Under the pieces are notes generated by a model. The model was given only the letters and a program-made list of their open reading frames with translations, did no database searches and had not been told where the DNA came from. From the NCBI GenBank assembly GCA_963727185.1, contig CAVSFP010000016.1, positions 16,032-80,031 of the forward strand: a DNA stretch of 64,000 nt. Direction: 5' to 3'. This document shows, one piece after another, positions 22,826 through 32,568 of the stretch (positions are counted from its first letter, which is position 1; each line of letters opens with the position of its first letter). The stretch comes from an uncultured Actinomycetes bacterium (GTDB lineage Bacteria; Actinomycetota; UBA4738; HRBIN12). A program made the position numbers and the translations under genes.

Positions 22826-24891
22826 TCAACCTCCGAGCTGTTCGCGGAGCGCCCCGACATCGGTCACGGGGAGCTTGCACGTGAACCGCTCGCAGACGTA
22901 GGCGGTCGCGAGTCCGTCCCGTGTGTCCCGGTCACGGAGCACCGGGACGGTTCGAGCGGCGCGCGCATCTCCGGGTGCAGCGACCGCCAACACGATGTTG
23001 GGCCGATAGGCCTCGTTCGTGACGACTGCCGCGAGCGCGAGCGTGTCGGCCGCTGCGGGATCGCCGACGATCGCGACCTCGTTCGACGGCCCCAGGTAGC
23101 GGTCGAGCGCGCAGAGCGCCTGGCCGAACCCGGTGGGCGCCCCCGACATGGCGTCGCGGATCAGGCGGAGCGCGGAAAGCCCGGCTCGCTCGTACGCCGC
23201 GTCGCCGGTGAACGACGAGAGACGAAGCAGCGATCTCCGCGGCCACCGAGTTCCCCGACGGCGTCGCGTTGTCGTAGAGCTCCTTCGGGCGAAGCACGAG
23301 TTCCTCTGCGTCGGAACCCGTTTGGAAGAAGCCGCCTCGTTCTCGTCGTGGAACAGGCGGAGCAGCTCGTCGGCGAGCGTCACCGCTTCCTCGAACCACC
23401 GGAGCTCGAACGTCGTCTCGTAGAGCGTGAGGCACGCCGCCGCCATGATCGCGTGGTCGTCCGCGAACCCCGGCCTGCCGGCCGTGCCGTTCCGCCACGA
23501 GCGCAGCAGCCGGCCGCGATCGTCCCGCAGGTGGGTCAGGACGAACTCCGCGCAACGCACCGCCTCCTGGACGTAGGGCGGCTCGTCGAACGCGCGGCCC
23601 GCCTCGGCGAACGCGCCGATCGCGAGCGCGTTCCACGCGGTGAGCACCTTGTCGTCCGTGGCCGGATGCACCCGCCCGCTCGCGAACCTCGAACAGGATC
23701 CGACGGGCGTCCTCGACCTCGGCCGCCAGCTCGTCGACCGTGCAGGCTCGTGCTCCGCGGCGACGTCCGAGCGACCCGGGGCCGCCACAGGACGTTCGTT
23801 CCCTCCCAGTTGCCGCTCCGGCATGGCACCGAGGCACGTCGCCACCGCCGGTCCGACGAGCGCGACCAACTCGTCCCATCCCCAGACGAAGAACTTCCCC
23901 TCGACGCCCTCGCTGTCGGCGTCCTGCGACGAGAAGAAGCCGCCCTCGGCGTGCTGCATCTCGCGCGAGGAGGTAGTCGAGCGTCTCCGTGGCCACACGC
24001 CGGTACCGGTCGTCGCGCGTCACCTGCCACGCCCGTGGTACAGGCGCGCGAGCTGCGCGTTGTCGTAGAGCATCTTCTCGAAGTGCGGCACGTGCCACGA
24101 CGCATCCGTCGAGTAGCGCGCGAACCCGCCGCCCAGATGGTCGTAGATGCCGCCGTCGGCCATGCGGTCGAGCGTGATCGTCACGCATCTCGCAGCGCCG
24201 GCTCGCACGCCGCGCACCGCGCAGCGGAGCAGCGAACTCGAGCGTCATCGGCTGGGGGAACTTCGGCGCGCCCGCCGAAGCCCCCCGCGCTCGGCGTCGA
24301 ACGCGCGCCGCAGGCGCGCGAACGCCGCCGCGTGATCTCGTCCGTCAGCGGCTCCGTCGGAGGCGCTCAGCAGCCCGACCGCGCGCGATGTGCTCGGCGA
24401 TCTTCGCCGCCCTGCGTCACGACCTCGTCGCGGCGCTCGCGTCCACGCCTCGGCGATCCCGCCCAGCACCTGCCGGAACGAGGGCATCCCGTGCTGCGGC
24501 ACGGGCGGGAAGTACGTGCCGGCGAAGAACGGCTCGCCGTCGGGCGTCAGGAACACCGTCAGCGGCCAGCCGCCACTGCCCGGTCATGGCCTGGACCGCG
24601 TCCATGTAGATGTCGTCGAGGTCCGGCCGCTCCTCGCGGTCCACCTTGATGCAGACGAAGTGCTCGTTCATGAGCGCGGCCGTGACCGTCGTCCTCGAAG
24701 GACTCGCGCTCCATCACGTGGCACCAGTGACACGCCGCGTAGCCGATCGAGAGCAGGATCGGCCGGTCCTCGGCCTTCGCTCGCGCGAGCGCCTCGGGAC
24801 CCCACGGGTACCAGTCCACGGGGTTGTGCGCGTGCTGGAGCAGGTACGGGCTGGTCTCTCCCGCCAGCCGGTTCGCGCGTGGCGTCGCCAT
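22826..24891 (-). CDS. YyaL/SPATA20 (DUF255) thioredoxin-domain protein, many frameshifts
   Basis: [65 protein letters not shown]. Confidence 0.9.
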
Positions 24892-24987
24892 GGGGCCCAG
24901 TGTCTCGCGCGGCGGTCATCGGGACATCGTTCCCGGGTCTTCAGGAGGCGGCGCTTCGATGCCGATGGTTCCTTCGGGGAGAACGAG

Positions 24988-25650
24988 ATGGACGAAGACA
25001 TCCGCGTACTCGTGGTCGACGGGAGCCCAGGGCTCGCGTCCGGCTTCATCTGCGGCCTGCCGGCCGACGGGGTGAGCGTTTTCGGTCCCGTGGCGGACGC
25101 GACCGCCGCCCTGAACGCGTTGCAGCTGGAGCCGATCAACCTCGTCCTGGTGGATCTGGACCGCCCGGATGAGGAGGGCATCGAGATCGTTCGCCGGATC
25201 CGCACCGAGGCCGAACGGACGCGCGTGATCGGTGTGACCGTCCAACGAGGGCCGGACCTGGCGGCCGGGGCGCTCGCCGCCGGAGCCTGCGGCGTCGTGA
25301 CGCCCGAACCCGGCGGGGAGAGCCTGGTGTCGATGTTCCGTCGCGCGCTGGCCGGCGAGCTCATCCTCCCCGCGATCCACCTCTCGAACCTGGTCGACCG
25401 CCTCCGCGACGGCCGCGAGACCTCGACGGTCTGCAAGCTCGAGTTCCTGACGACGCGAGAGCTCGAGATCCTCCGAGCGCTGGCCGACGGTGCGTCCACC
25501 GCGGAGATCTCCGCATCCCTCGGGATCCGCCCGATGACGGTGCAGAGCCATGTGAAGAACATCCTCGCCAAGCTGGGTGTGCACTCTAAGGTCGAGGCGG
25601 TCACGCTGGCGTGGCGCTTCGGGCTGGGATCGGTCACCCGGAGCGCGTGA
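24988..25650 (+). CDS. NarL/LuxR response regulator 1 (conserved receiver Lys absent)
   Basis: REC VLVVD..LVLVD; [27 protein letters not shown]. Confidence 0.9.
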   Translation: MDEDIRVLVVDGSPGLASGFICGLPADGVSVFGPVADATAALNALQLEPINLVLVDLDRPDEEGIEIVRRIRTEAERTRVIGVTVQRGPDLAAGALAAGACGVVTPEPGGESLVSMFRRALAGELILPAIHLSNLVDRLRDGRETSTVCKLEFLTTRELEILRALADGASTAEISASLGIRPMTVQSHVKNILAKLGVHSKVEAVTLAWRFGLGSVTRSA

Positions 25651-25674
25651 TCCACCGGGGGTAGCCTTCCGGTG

Positions 25675-26346
25675 ATGGTCGGAAAAGCGGAGGCGAACGC
25701 GGCGAGGCTCGTCGTCGCCGACGCGCATCCCGTCGTCCGTCGCGCGGTCCGCTTGTCCTGTGAAGCGCTCCCCGGTCTCGAGGTCGTGGGGGAGGCCGAC
25801 ACCGGCTCCGCGGTCCTGGCCATCTGTGACGAGCTCCGCCCCGACGTCGCCGTGCTGGACATCGCCTTGCCCGACGGGCTCGATGCGATCCGCGGATTGA
25901 ACGATCGGCAGTTGGTGGACATCGTCGTCGTGCTCACCGATCGGACGGACGGCGCCTCCGTGATGGAGGCGTTGCGCCTCGGCGTCGAGGGCTACCTGGT
26001 CAAGTCCTCCGCATTGCCATCGGTGGGCCGCCAGATCCGACGGGTGTTGGGCGGCGAGCGGGTCATCTCGCCCGAGGTGCAGCGGACCGCCCTCGGCGAG
26101 CTGGGGGCGTTCGCCCGCATGGCACGCGAGGGCAGCGAGGTGCGAGCGTCGCTCACGCCACGCGAGCACGAGGTCCTGATGCTGATCAGCGAAGGGCTGA
26201 CCATGCGGCAGATGGCGAGCCGCTTGGGGATCTCGCCCCGGACGGTCGAGAGTCACATGGCCAAGCTCTACCGCAAGCTCGACGTGCGGACGCGCGTCCA
26301 AGCGGTGTCGCGCGCGGTGTCGCTCGGCCTGATCGAACTTCACTGA
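25675..26346 (+). CDS. NarL/LuxR response regulator 2 (near-canonical)
   Basis: VAVLDIALPDG, VVLT, GYLVK; LTPREHEVL..TVESH. Confidence 0.92.
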   Translation: MVGKAEANAARLVVADAHPVVRRAVRLSCEALPGLEVVGEADTGSAVLAICDELRPDVAVLDIALPDGLDAIRGLNDRQLVDIVVVLTDRTDGASVMEALRLGVEGYLVKSSALPSVGRQIRRVLGGERVISPEVQRTALGELGAFARMAREGSEVRASLTPREHEVLMLISEGLTMRQMASRLGISPRTVESHMAKLYRKLDVRTRVQAVSRAVSLGLIELH

Positions 26347-26397
26347 CGCGACGCGCCCAGGCTCATTGTTTGGCCCGGAGCGGCCGATAGGGGAGGC

Positions 26398-27108
26398 ATG
26401 AGCAAGCGCCCCGCCGCCGGGCACGCGGCCGGCCCCGCTTCACCACGCCGACTGGGAGTGATCCTCGTCGACCCGTTGCCGGTCGTGCGAGCCGGCACCC
26501 GGCTCCTGATCGACGACCGACCGGACATGGAGGTGCTCGCCGAGGCCGGCGACGCCGATCAGGCCGTCGAGGCGATCGGGCGCGTCCGGCGGACCCGCGT
26601 GGTCGTGCTGGTAGGCCTGGGACTCACGGGTGAACACGACGCGTACTGGTTGATCCGAACACTCCGGCAGCGGTACCCCACCCATGCGATCCTCGGGTTC
26701 GGGGCTAACGCCGATCCCACGTCGATCAGCCGTGCGCTCTTCGTTGGCGCGGACGGCTTCGTGGACAAGAACATCGACCCGGTGGAGTTCCTCCAGGCCC
26801 TCAGGCGCGCGGCCGACCGAGAGATGGTGCTCGCGATCCCGGTCGCCTCGGCCGTGGGAGAGATCGTGGAGGGCATCGAGCGCCGGCGCGAGGTCGAGGT
26901 GAAGCTCACCGAGCGCGAGCGCGAGGTGCTCGTCGTTGCCGCAGAGGGTCTGACCGCGCGTCAGATCGCGACCCGCCTCGGTGTGCGCGAGCGGACGATC
27001 ACCACACACCTGGCGCGCATCTACGGCAAGCTGGGGGTCGGGAGCCGGCTGGCTGCGATCCGGATGGCGTCGCAGTCCGGTCTGGTCAGCGTCGGCGCAT
27101 CCGAGTAG
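26398..27108 (+). CDS. NarL/LuxR response regulator 3 (atypical, no phospho-acceptor Asp)
   Basis: VVLVGLGL at the Asp position; LTEREREVL HTH. Confidence 0.9.
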   Translation: MSKRPAAGHAAGPASPRRLGVILVDPLPVVRAGTRLLIDDRPDMEVLAEAGDADQAVEAIGRVRRTRVVVLVGLGLTGEHDAYWLIRTLRQRYPTHAILGFGANADPTSISRALFVGADGFVDKNIDPVEFLQALRRAADREMVLAIPVASAVGEIVEGIERRREVEVKLTEREREVLVVAAEGLTARQIATRLGVRERTITTHLARIYGKLGVGSRLAAIRMASQSGLVSVGASE

Positions 27109-27113
27109 CAACC

Positions 27114-28568
27114 CTAGCTGCGGACGAAGACCGTCCCGTACGTGTCGCGATAGGCGAGACGCCAGCCTGGATCCTTCTCGAGCAGCGCGACGATCGTCGC
27201 GTCTCCCGGTGCCATCACGATCACGTCGACGCCCCAACGGTCGACCACGCTCTGCCACCCTGCGCGTCCTTCGGCCACGATGAAGTAGTCGTCCCACACG
27301 TCGTTGGGGAACAGCTCGATACGAGGGTCGACGAACATGGGGTTCGCCGGTGACGCGAACTCGAACCACGATGCGTACGGCAGCGTGACGAACAGCTTCG
27401 CGTCGGCGGGGGCGACTCGGTGCACCGCATCGACCATGCGTTGCGGGGCATACGACACCAGGGCGGTCGCTCCACTCGATGGGTCGATGCGATCGCGGGA
27501 CCACGGCGAGAGCACGGCAACGAACGCGACGAGCGCGGTCACCATCACCAGGTTCATCACCATGCTTCCTCGCTCGTCCTCGGGTGCGACCGGTTTCTCG
27601 ACGATGAGTCCCGCCATGATCACGGGGAACACGAACCCCCACCACACCTCACCGCGAGCCGCGCTGAGGCCCAGGAGGAAGAACGACCCAAGCCAGGCGA
27701 GGGTGAGCCACTCGGTCTTCGTTCCCCGGCGCGCCAGGAAGACGACGATCGCGATGGCCGAGATGAAGAAGAGCGCCCCGTCGGCCGAGCGGATCGTCGT
27801 TGCCGACCATTCCTGGATGTGTCCCAGGATCCGCTCGTTCGTCGAGATGCCGATCGTGTAGCGCCACACGGCGAGCCCGTACGGACTCGCCGCCGTGGCC
27901 ACCAGTCCGATCAGCCCGACGGCGAGCGTCGCGTTCTTCGTCACCGCGCGGTCACGGCGGTCCTCGGCCCAGGAAAGACCTATCAGGACGAGGCCGAGCG
28001 GGAAGCTCCCGTGCACGTTCGCCCAGACAACCATCACGACCGGGAGGATCCAGAGCCGGCGGGGATGGACACGGCGATCGGCGAGGATCCAAAGCATGCC
28101 CGTGAACAGCGGGTACGCCATCGTCTGCGGTCGCATCCCCGCGTTGTAGAAGCACACCGCGAAGCCGCCCAACGTCAGTGCAGCGCTCAACCGTGCCGAT
28201 GCCCCACGGGCGCGGCACGCGAGCCAGAGGAACCAGAACGTGGCGCCCACGAGCGCGCCGTGGAAGAGGCCCATGGCGGCCCACCCTCCGGCGCGGTAGA
28301 CGAGGGCAAGGAAGACCTGTGCGCCCCACTGCTGATCCAGCCAGGGGCGGCCGACCATGGAAAAGGTGAACGCGTCGACGGATGGCGCGCCATGGGCCGC
28401 GAGGATCGCTTCGCCCGCACGGATGTGATACGCGAGATCGATGGAGCTCATGCGGAACATGAACGTCACGCCGACCGAAACCGTCACGACCGCCGCTGCC
28501 CAGACGTTGCTGAGGGTCAGCCCACCGAGGCGCGCCCGGACAGGTATCGGCTGCACTCTCGTGTCCAC
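27114..28568 (-). CDS. Polytopic membrane protein, GT-C-like
   Basis: DLAYHIRAG after TM1, PWLDQQW, RPQ, WANVHGSF, IQEW, FVDPRIELF; many TMs. Confidence 0.7.
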   Translation of the reverse strand: MDTRVQPIPVRARLGGLTLSNVWAAAVVTVSVGVTFMFRMSSIDLAYHIRAGEAILAAHGAPSVDAFTFSMVGRPWLDQQWGAQVFLALVYRAGGWAAMGLFHGALVGATFWFLWLACRARGASARLSAALTLGGFAVCFYNAGMRPQTMAYPLFTGMLWILADRRVHPRRLWILPVVMVVWANVHGSFPLGLVLIGLSWAEDRRDRAVTKNATLAVGLIGLVATAASPYGLAVWRYTIGISTNERILGHIQEWSATTIRSADGALFFISAIAIVVFLARRGTKTEWLTLAWLGSFFLLGLSAARGEVWWGFVFPVIMAGLIVEKPVAPEDERGSMVMNLVMVTALVAFVAVLSPWSRDRIDPSSGATALVSYAPQRMVDAVHRVAPADAKLFVTLPYASWFEFASPANPMFVDPRIELFPNDVWDDYFIVAEGRAGWQSVVDRWGVDVIVMAPGDATIVALLEKDPGWRLAYRDTYGTVFVRS

Positions 28569-28785
28569 GAGATAGTGGTCGGTTACCGGTGCGCGAGACC
28601 TTAGTCGTCACCCGAGTCGTCGCTTCAACGGCTCGCGCGTCACGCGGGATGCGTACGTAGAACTACCGACGCTTCCTCAGTGAATCGCGGAATTCCCAGC
28701 GCGGTGGCGCCCAACTACCTTGAGCCATGGCGGCTTAAGTCGCCCGGGTTCTCGCCCGAAACCTTCGGAGAGGAGGTGTGTGTAC

Positions 28786-28992
28786 ATGTTCCTAGCTCTC
28801 TACACCGGCGTTCAGACCTGGTGGGGTGACCTCAAGCTTCGCTCGCGCGAAGAGGGTGGCGCCACTGCGGTCGAGTACGCGCTGATGGTCGCGCTGATCG
28901 CTGCGGTCATCATCGTTGCAGTCACCGCTCTCGGCAACAACGCCAACAGCAAGTTCACGACGGTTGGCAACGCGATCGGAGCTGCATCGTAG
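28786..28992 (+). CDS. flp: Flp (type IVb/c) pilin
   Basis: AGGAGG RBS; G|ATAVEYALM Flp motif plus hydrophobic helix. Confidence 0.93.
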   Translation: MFLALYTGVQTWWGDLKLRSREEGGATAVEYALMVALIAAVIIVAVTALGNNANSKFTTVGNAIGAAS

Positions 28993-29017
28993 ATCGCTTT
29001 CTTAGAAATGAGCGGCT

Positions 29018-29066
29018 TTCACCGGCCGCTCACTCCCGGGTGTGAGGGGAGTGAGGGGCCGGTGAA
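29018..29066 (+). terminator. Long stem-loop after flp (partial terminator or mRNA stabiliser)
   Basis: TTCACCGGCC.CTCACTCCC pairs with GGGAGTGAG.GGCCGGTGAA. Confidence 0.65.
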
Positions 29067-29206
29067 CCCGCCGAACGGCGCGTCCGAGAGGACGCGCCGT
29101 CCGGATGAGCGATACGGATCAGGGATACAGGGTCCAGAACCCGGCACCGGCGCCCGATAACCCCGATAGCGATCCAGAGAAGCAGCATCGAAAGGGGAGA
29201 GGACAG

Positions 29207-29998
29207 ATGAGGTCACGAGGTCTGGTGGTCGCCCTCGCCGTGCTGCTCGCTGTAGCGGCCGCGGGTGCGGTGGTCCTGTACACGAACGGCGTCAAGAAGG
29301 CCGCGGAGTCGGGCGGAAGCCTGACCACGGTCATCGTTGCGACGCAAGATATCCCTGCCAACACGAGCCTGGATCCACTGATCGAGGGCGGCGGCTTCAA
29401 GGAGCTCAGCGTGCCCACCGACGCCGTCGTTGATGGCGCCGTCACGAGCCTCGCATCGTTGCGCGGTCAAACCACGACCGCACCCATCGTTGCCAACGAA
29501 CAGCTCACCGCTTCGAACCTGTCGAGCGGCGAGCAGGTCGCGGGCGGCATGCTCGGTATCTCCAAGGGTCACCTCGCCCTGACGATCAAGCTGAACGCGC
29601 CGCAGGGCGTGAACGGCAACATCCAGCGCGGGGACAACATCACCATCTTCGCGACGTACACCGGGGCCTCGATCGTCACCGGCACCACGCTTCCGCAGTT
29701 GTTGAACGGAACGGCGCCGACGACCGACAAGCAGGAGCTCCCGGACTTCACCGTGTCGCTGATCCCGACCGTGCGTGTCCTGCAGGTCGTCAATCCCACG
29801 CTCGACGACGCCGGCAATCCGGTCGGCGACTCGGTGACGTTGACGCTGGACCTCCTGCCGGCCGACGCGCAGGCCCTGACGTTGGCGAACCAGACCGCGA
29901 CCCTGTACATCGGCCTCTTGCCTCCAGGCGAAGACGGACACGCGATCCCCGCGTCGACGCTGCCGGTGAACCTGCTCCTCGGGAAGAAGCTCCCATGA
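29207..29998 (+). CDS. cpaB: Flp pilus assembly protein CpaB/RcpC
   Basis: N-terminal TM, SAF domain VIVATQDIPA, GVNGNIQRGD. Confidence 0.88.
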   Translation: MRSRGLVVALAVLLAVAAAGAVVLYTNGVKKAAESGGSLTTVIVATQDIPANTSLDPLIEGGGFKELSVPTDAVVDGAVTSLASLRGQTTTAPIVANEQLTASNLSSGEQVAGGMLGISKGHLALTIKLNAPQGVNGNIQRGDNITIFATYTGASIVTGTTLPQLLNGTAPTTDKQELPDFTVSLIPTVRVLQVVNPTLDDAGNPVGDSVTLTLDLLPADAQALTLANQTATLYIGLLPPGEDGHAIPASTLPVNLLLGKKLP

Positions 29999-31233
29999 CC
30001 GAAGCGAGCGTCGTCGCCGTCGGGACGCCGCAATCCTTCCGCCAGCAGATCGCACGAGCGCTGGAGGTCGAGATGGAGGAGATCGGCTGGGCCCAGTCCG
30101 CCACGGTGGCAGAGGAGTTGTTGATCAACGCCTTCACACCGATCGACGTGCTGGTGCTCTCGCCGGAGGTCAAGGAACCTGATGCGCTGGGTCTCGCGGA
30201 GTTCGTGGGGCGTCAGTCGCCGGGGACCGCGATCGTCCTGGTGCGCGATCACACATGGAACGGGTTGTTGCCCGCCGCGATGCGAGCCGGGATCCGCGAC
30301 GTGGTGGACATGACCCAGGGCACGGAAGAGCTTCGCGACGCCGTCGAGCGGGCGGTGGCATGGGCCACCAACCTGCGTTCGATGGGCGGCGGCGCCACGG
30401 AGAGCTCTCAACAGGAGCGGGGCCACATCATCTCGGTCTTCTCCTCGAAGGGGGGCAGCGGCAAGACGTTCCTCACCACGAACCTCGCCGCTGCGATCTC
30501 CGACATCACGGGCCAGGACACGGCCGTGGTCGACCTGGACACGGACATGGGTGACGTCTTCACGTACTTCGGCCGAGAGCCGAGCGCGCGGGTGGACGAC
30601 ATGATGGGCCTTGGAGAAGGGGCCGATCACGATCGGATCCGCGAGATCGGCGTTCCCTTCGGCGAGCACCTCTGGGGGTACGGCTCGCCGCCGGATCCCG
30701 CAGCCGAGCCGCCCGCCGGAGAGGCCGTGGGCAAGTTCCTGCGGACCCTGCGCGCCGACTTCTCCTACGTGGTGGTGGACGCCTCAGTCGACTATTCGGA
30801 CTCTGCGCTCGTCTGTTTCGACCTGTCCGACGCGATCTGCCTGGTCACGCCGCTCGACGTGGTCGGCGTCAAGCATCTGTCGAAGGCGCTCGACACCCTG
30901 CTCACGATCGGGCTGCCGCGCGAGCGCTTCCGCGTGGTCTTGAACCGCGCGGACAGCAAGGTCGGATTGGACTCCACCGATGTGGAGCGCGTCATGAAGA
31001 TCACCGTCGACGCCATGATCCCGTCGAGCCGGCTGGTTCCGACGGCGTTGAACAAGGGGCGCCCGGTGGTGCTGGATGAGCCGAATTCCGACGTCTCGAC
31101 CGCCGTCCGGCAGTTGGCCACGCGGTTCGCCAATCAGTTCGAAGTGTCGAGCGATGCCGGGAGTCACGCGAACGGCAACGGCTCGAAGCCCGAGAAGACG
31201 AAGCGCAAGCGGTTCTCGAGGACCGCAAGCTAA
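29995..31233 (+). CDS. cpaE: CpaE/TadZ (receiver-like domain plus MinD-type ATPase)
   Basis: AAMRAGIRD; SSKGGSGKT deviant Walker A; VVLNR. Confidence 0.9.
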   Translation: MTEASVVAVGTPQSFRQQIARALEVEMEEIGWAQSATVAEELLINAFTPIDVLVLSPEVKEPDALGLAEFVGRQSPGTAIVLVRDHTWNGLLPAAMRAGIRDVVDMTQGTEELRDAVERAVAWATNLRSMGGGATESSQQERGHIISVFSSKGGSGKTFLTTNLAAAISDITGQDTAVVDLDTDMGDVFTYFGREPSARVDDMMGLGEGADHDRIREIGVPFGEHLWGYGSPPDPAAEPPAGEAVGKFLRTLRADFSYVVVDASVDYSDSALVCFDLSDAICLVTPLDVVGVKHLSKALDTLLTIGLPRERFRVVLNRADSKVGLDSTDVERVMKITVDAMIPSSRLVPTALNKGRPVVLDEPNSDVSTAVRQLATRFANQFEVSSDAGSHANGNGSKPEKTKRKRFSRTAS

Positions 31234-31248
31234 GGAGGTCTGGCTCCC

Positions 31249-32568
31249 ATGTCACTGGCAGATAGGCTCGCGAAAGCCTCACAGCGGGACCGTATCGCCG
31301 ACGTCCGTCTCCGGGTGCAGGAACGCCTGGTCGAGGTCCTCGGTCCCCGCTTGTACGACTCCACGCTCTCCGACAACGAGCTCGAAGGTCTGGTCCACCA
31401 GCGCCTGCGCGAGCTGCTCGACGAAGAGGAGGGACCGCTCTCCTCGCAGGAGAAGCTCCTCATCGTCCGGCAGATCGGCGACAGCGTCCTGGGACTTGGA
31501 CCGCTCGAGCCGTTCGTCCGCGACCCGGACGTGTCCGAGATCATGGTGAACGGCTGGGACACGATCTACGTCGAGCGCGCCGGGAAGCTCTACTGGACCG
31601 GCACGAAGTTCCACGACGATCAGCAGCTGCGCCGCACGATCGACAAGATCGTCGGCAAGGTCGGTCGCCGCGTCGACGAGGCGTCGCCGTACGTGGACGC
31701 TCGTCTTCCCGATGGGTCCCGTGTCAACGCGATCATCCCGCCACTGTCGATCGACGGTCCGGCGCTCACGATCAGGAAGTTCTCCGCCGATCCGTTCGGT
31801 GCGGACGACCTCATCGAGTTCGGCACCATGACGTCGCAGGTGTCGCAGTTCCTCGAGTGTTGCGTTCGCGGCAGGATCAACATCTTGGTCTCCGGAGGAA
31901 CCGGCGCCGGGAAGACCTCGACCCTGAACGTCCTCTCGTCGTTCATCCCGGACGACGAACGCATCATCACGATCGAAGACGCGGCCGAGCTGCGTCTGCA
32001 ACAGCCACACGTGATCCGTCTGGAGTCCCGGCCGCCGAACATCGAGGGAAAAGGACAGGTGGCGATCCGCGACCTGGTCCGCAACGCCCTGCGTATGCGG
32101 CCGGACCGGATCGTCGTCGGTGAGGTCCGTGACGCTGCGGCCCTGGACATGTTGCAGGCCATGAACACCGGTCACGACGGTTCGATCTCCACCATCCACT
32201 CGAACTCGCCGCGCGACTCGCTCTCGCGGTTGGAGACGATCACCATGATGGCCGGGATGGAGCTGTCGCCCCGTTCTATCCGGGAGCAGATCTCGTCCGC
32301 GATCCAGCTCATCGTGCACCAGCAGCGGCTGAAGGACGGGTCGCGCCGGTTCACCCACGTGACGGAGATCGAAGGCATGGAGGGCGAAGTGATCACCCTC
32401 CAGGACCTGTTCCTCTTCGACTTCGCGGCCGGGATGGACGACGAGGGCAAGTTCCGCGGACGCCTGAAGTCAACCGGGTTGCGGCCCAAGTTCGTCGACA
32501 AGTTGGAGGAGCGCGGCGTCTTCGTCGATCCTGAGATCTTCGCCTTGGATACGCGAGGTCGCGACTGA
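31249..32568 (+). CDS. tadA: Tad assembly ATPase CpaF/TadA
   Basis: GGTGAGKTS, IEDAAEL, LRMRPDRIVVGEVR, AMNTGHDG. Confidence 0.96.
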   Translation: MSLADRLAKASQRDRIADVRLRVQERLVEVLGPRLYDSTLSDNELEGLVHQRLRELLDEEEGPLSSQEKLLIVRQIGDSVLGLGPLEPFVRDPDVSEIMVNGWDTIYVERAGKLYWTGTKFHDDQQLRRTIDKIVGKVGRRVDEASPYVDARLPDGSRVNAIIPPLSIDGPALTIRKFSADPFGADDLIEFGTMTSQVSQFLECCVRGRINILVSGGTGAGKTSTLNVLSSFIPDDERIITIEDAAELRLQQPHVIRLESRPPNIEGKGQVAIRDLVRNALRMRPDRIVVGEVRDAAALDMLQAMNTGHDGSISTIHSNSPRDSLSRLETITMMAGMELSPRSIREQISSAIQLIVHQQRLKDGSRRFTHVTEIEGMEGEVITLQDLFLFDFAAGMDDEGKFRGRLKSTGLRPKFVDKLEERGVFVDPEIFALDTRGRD

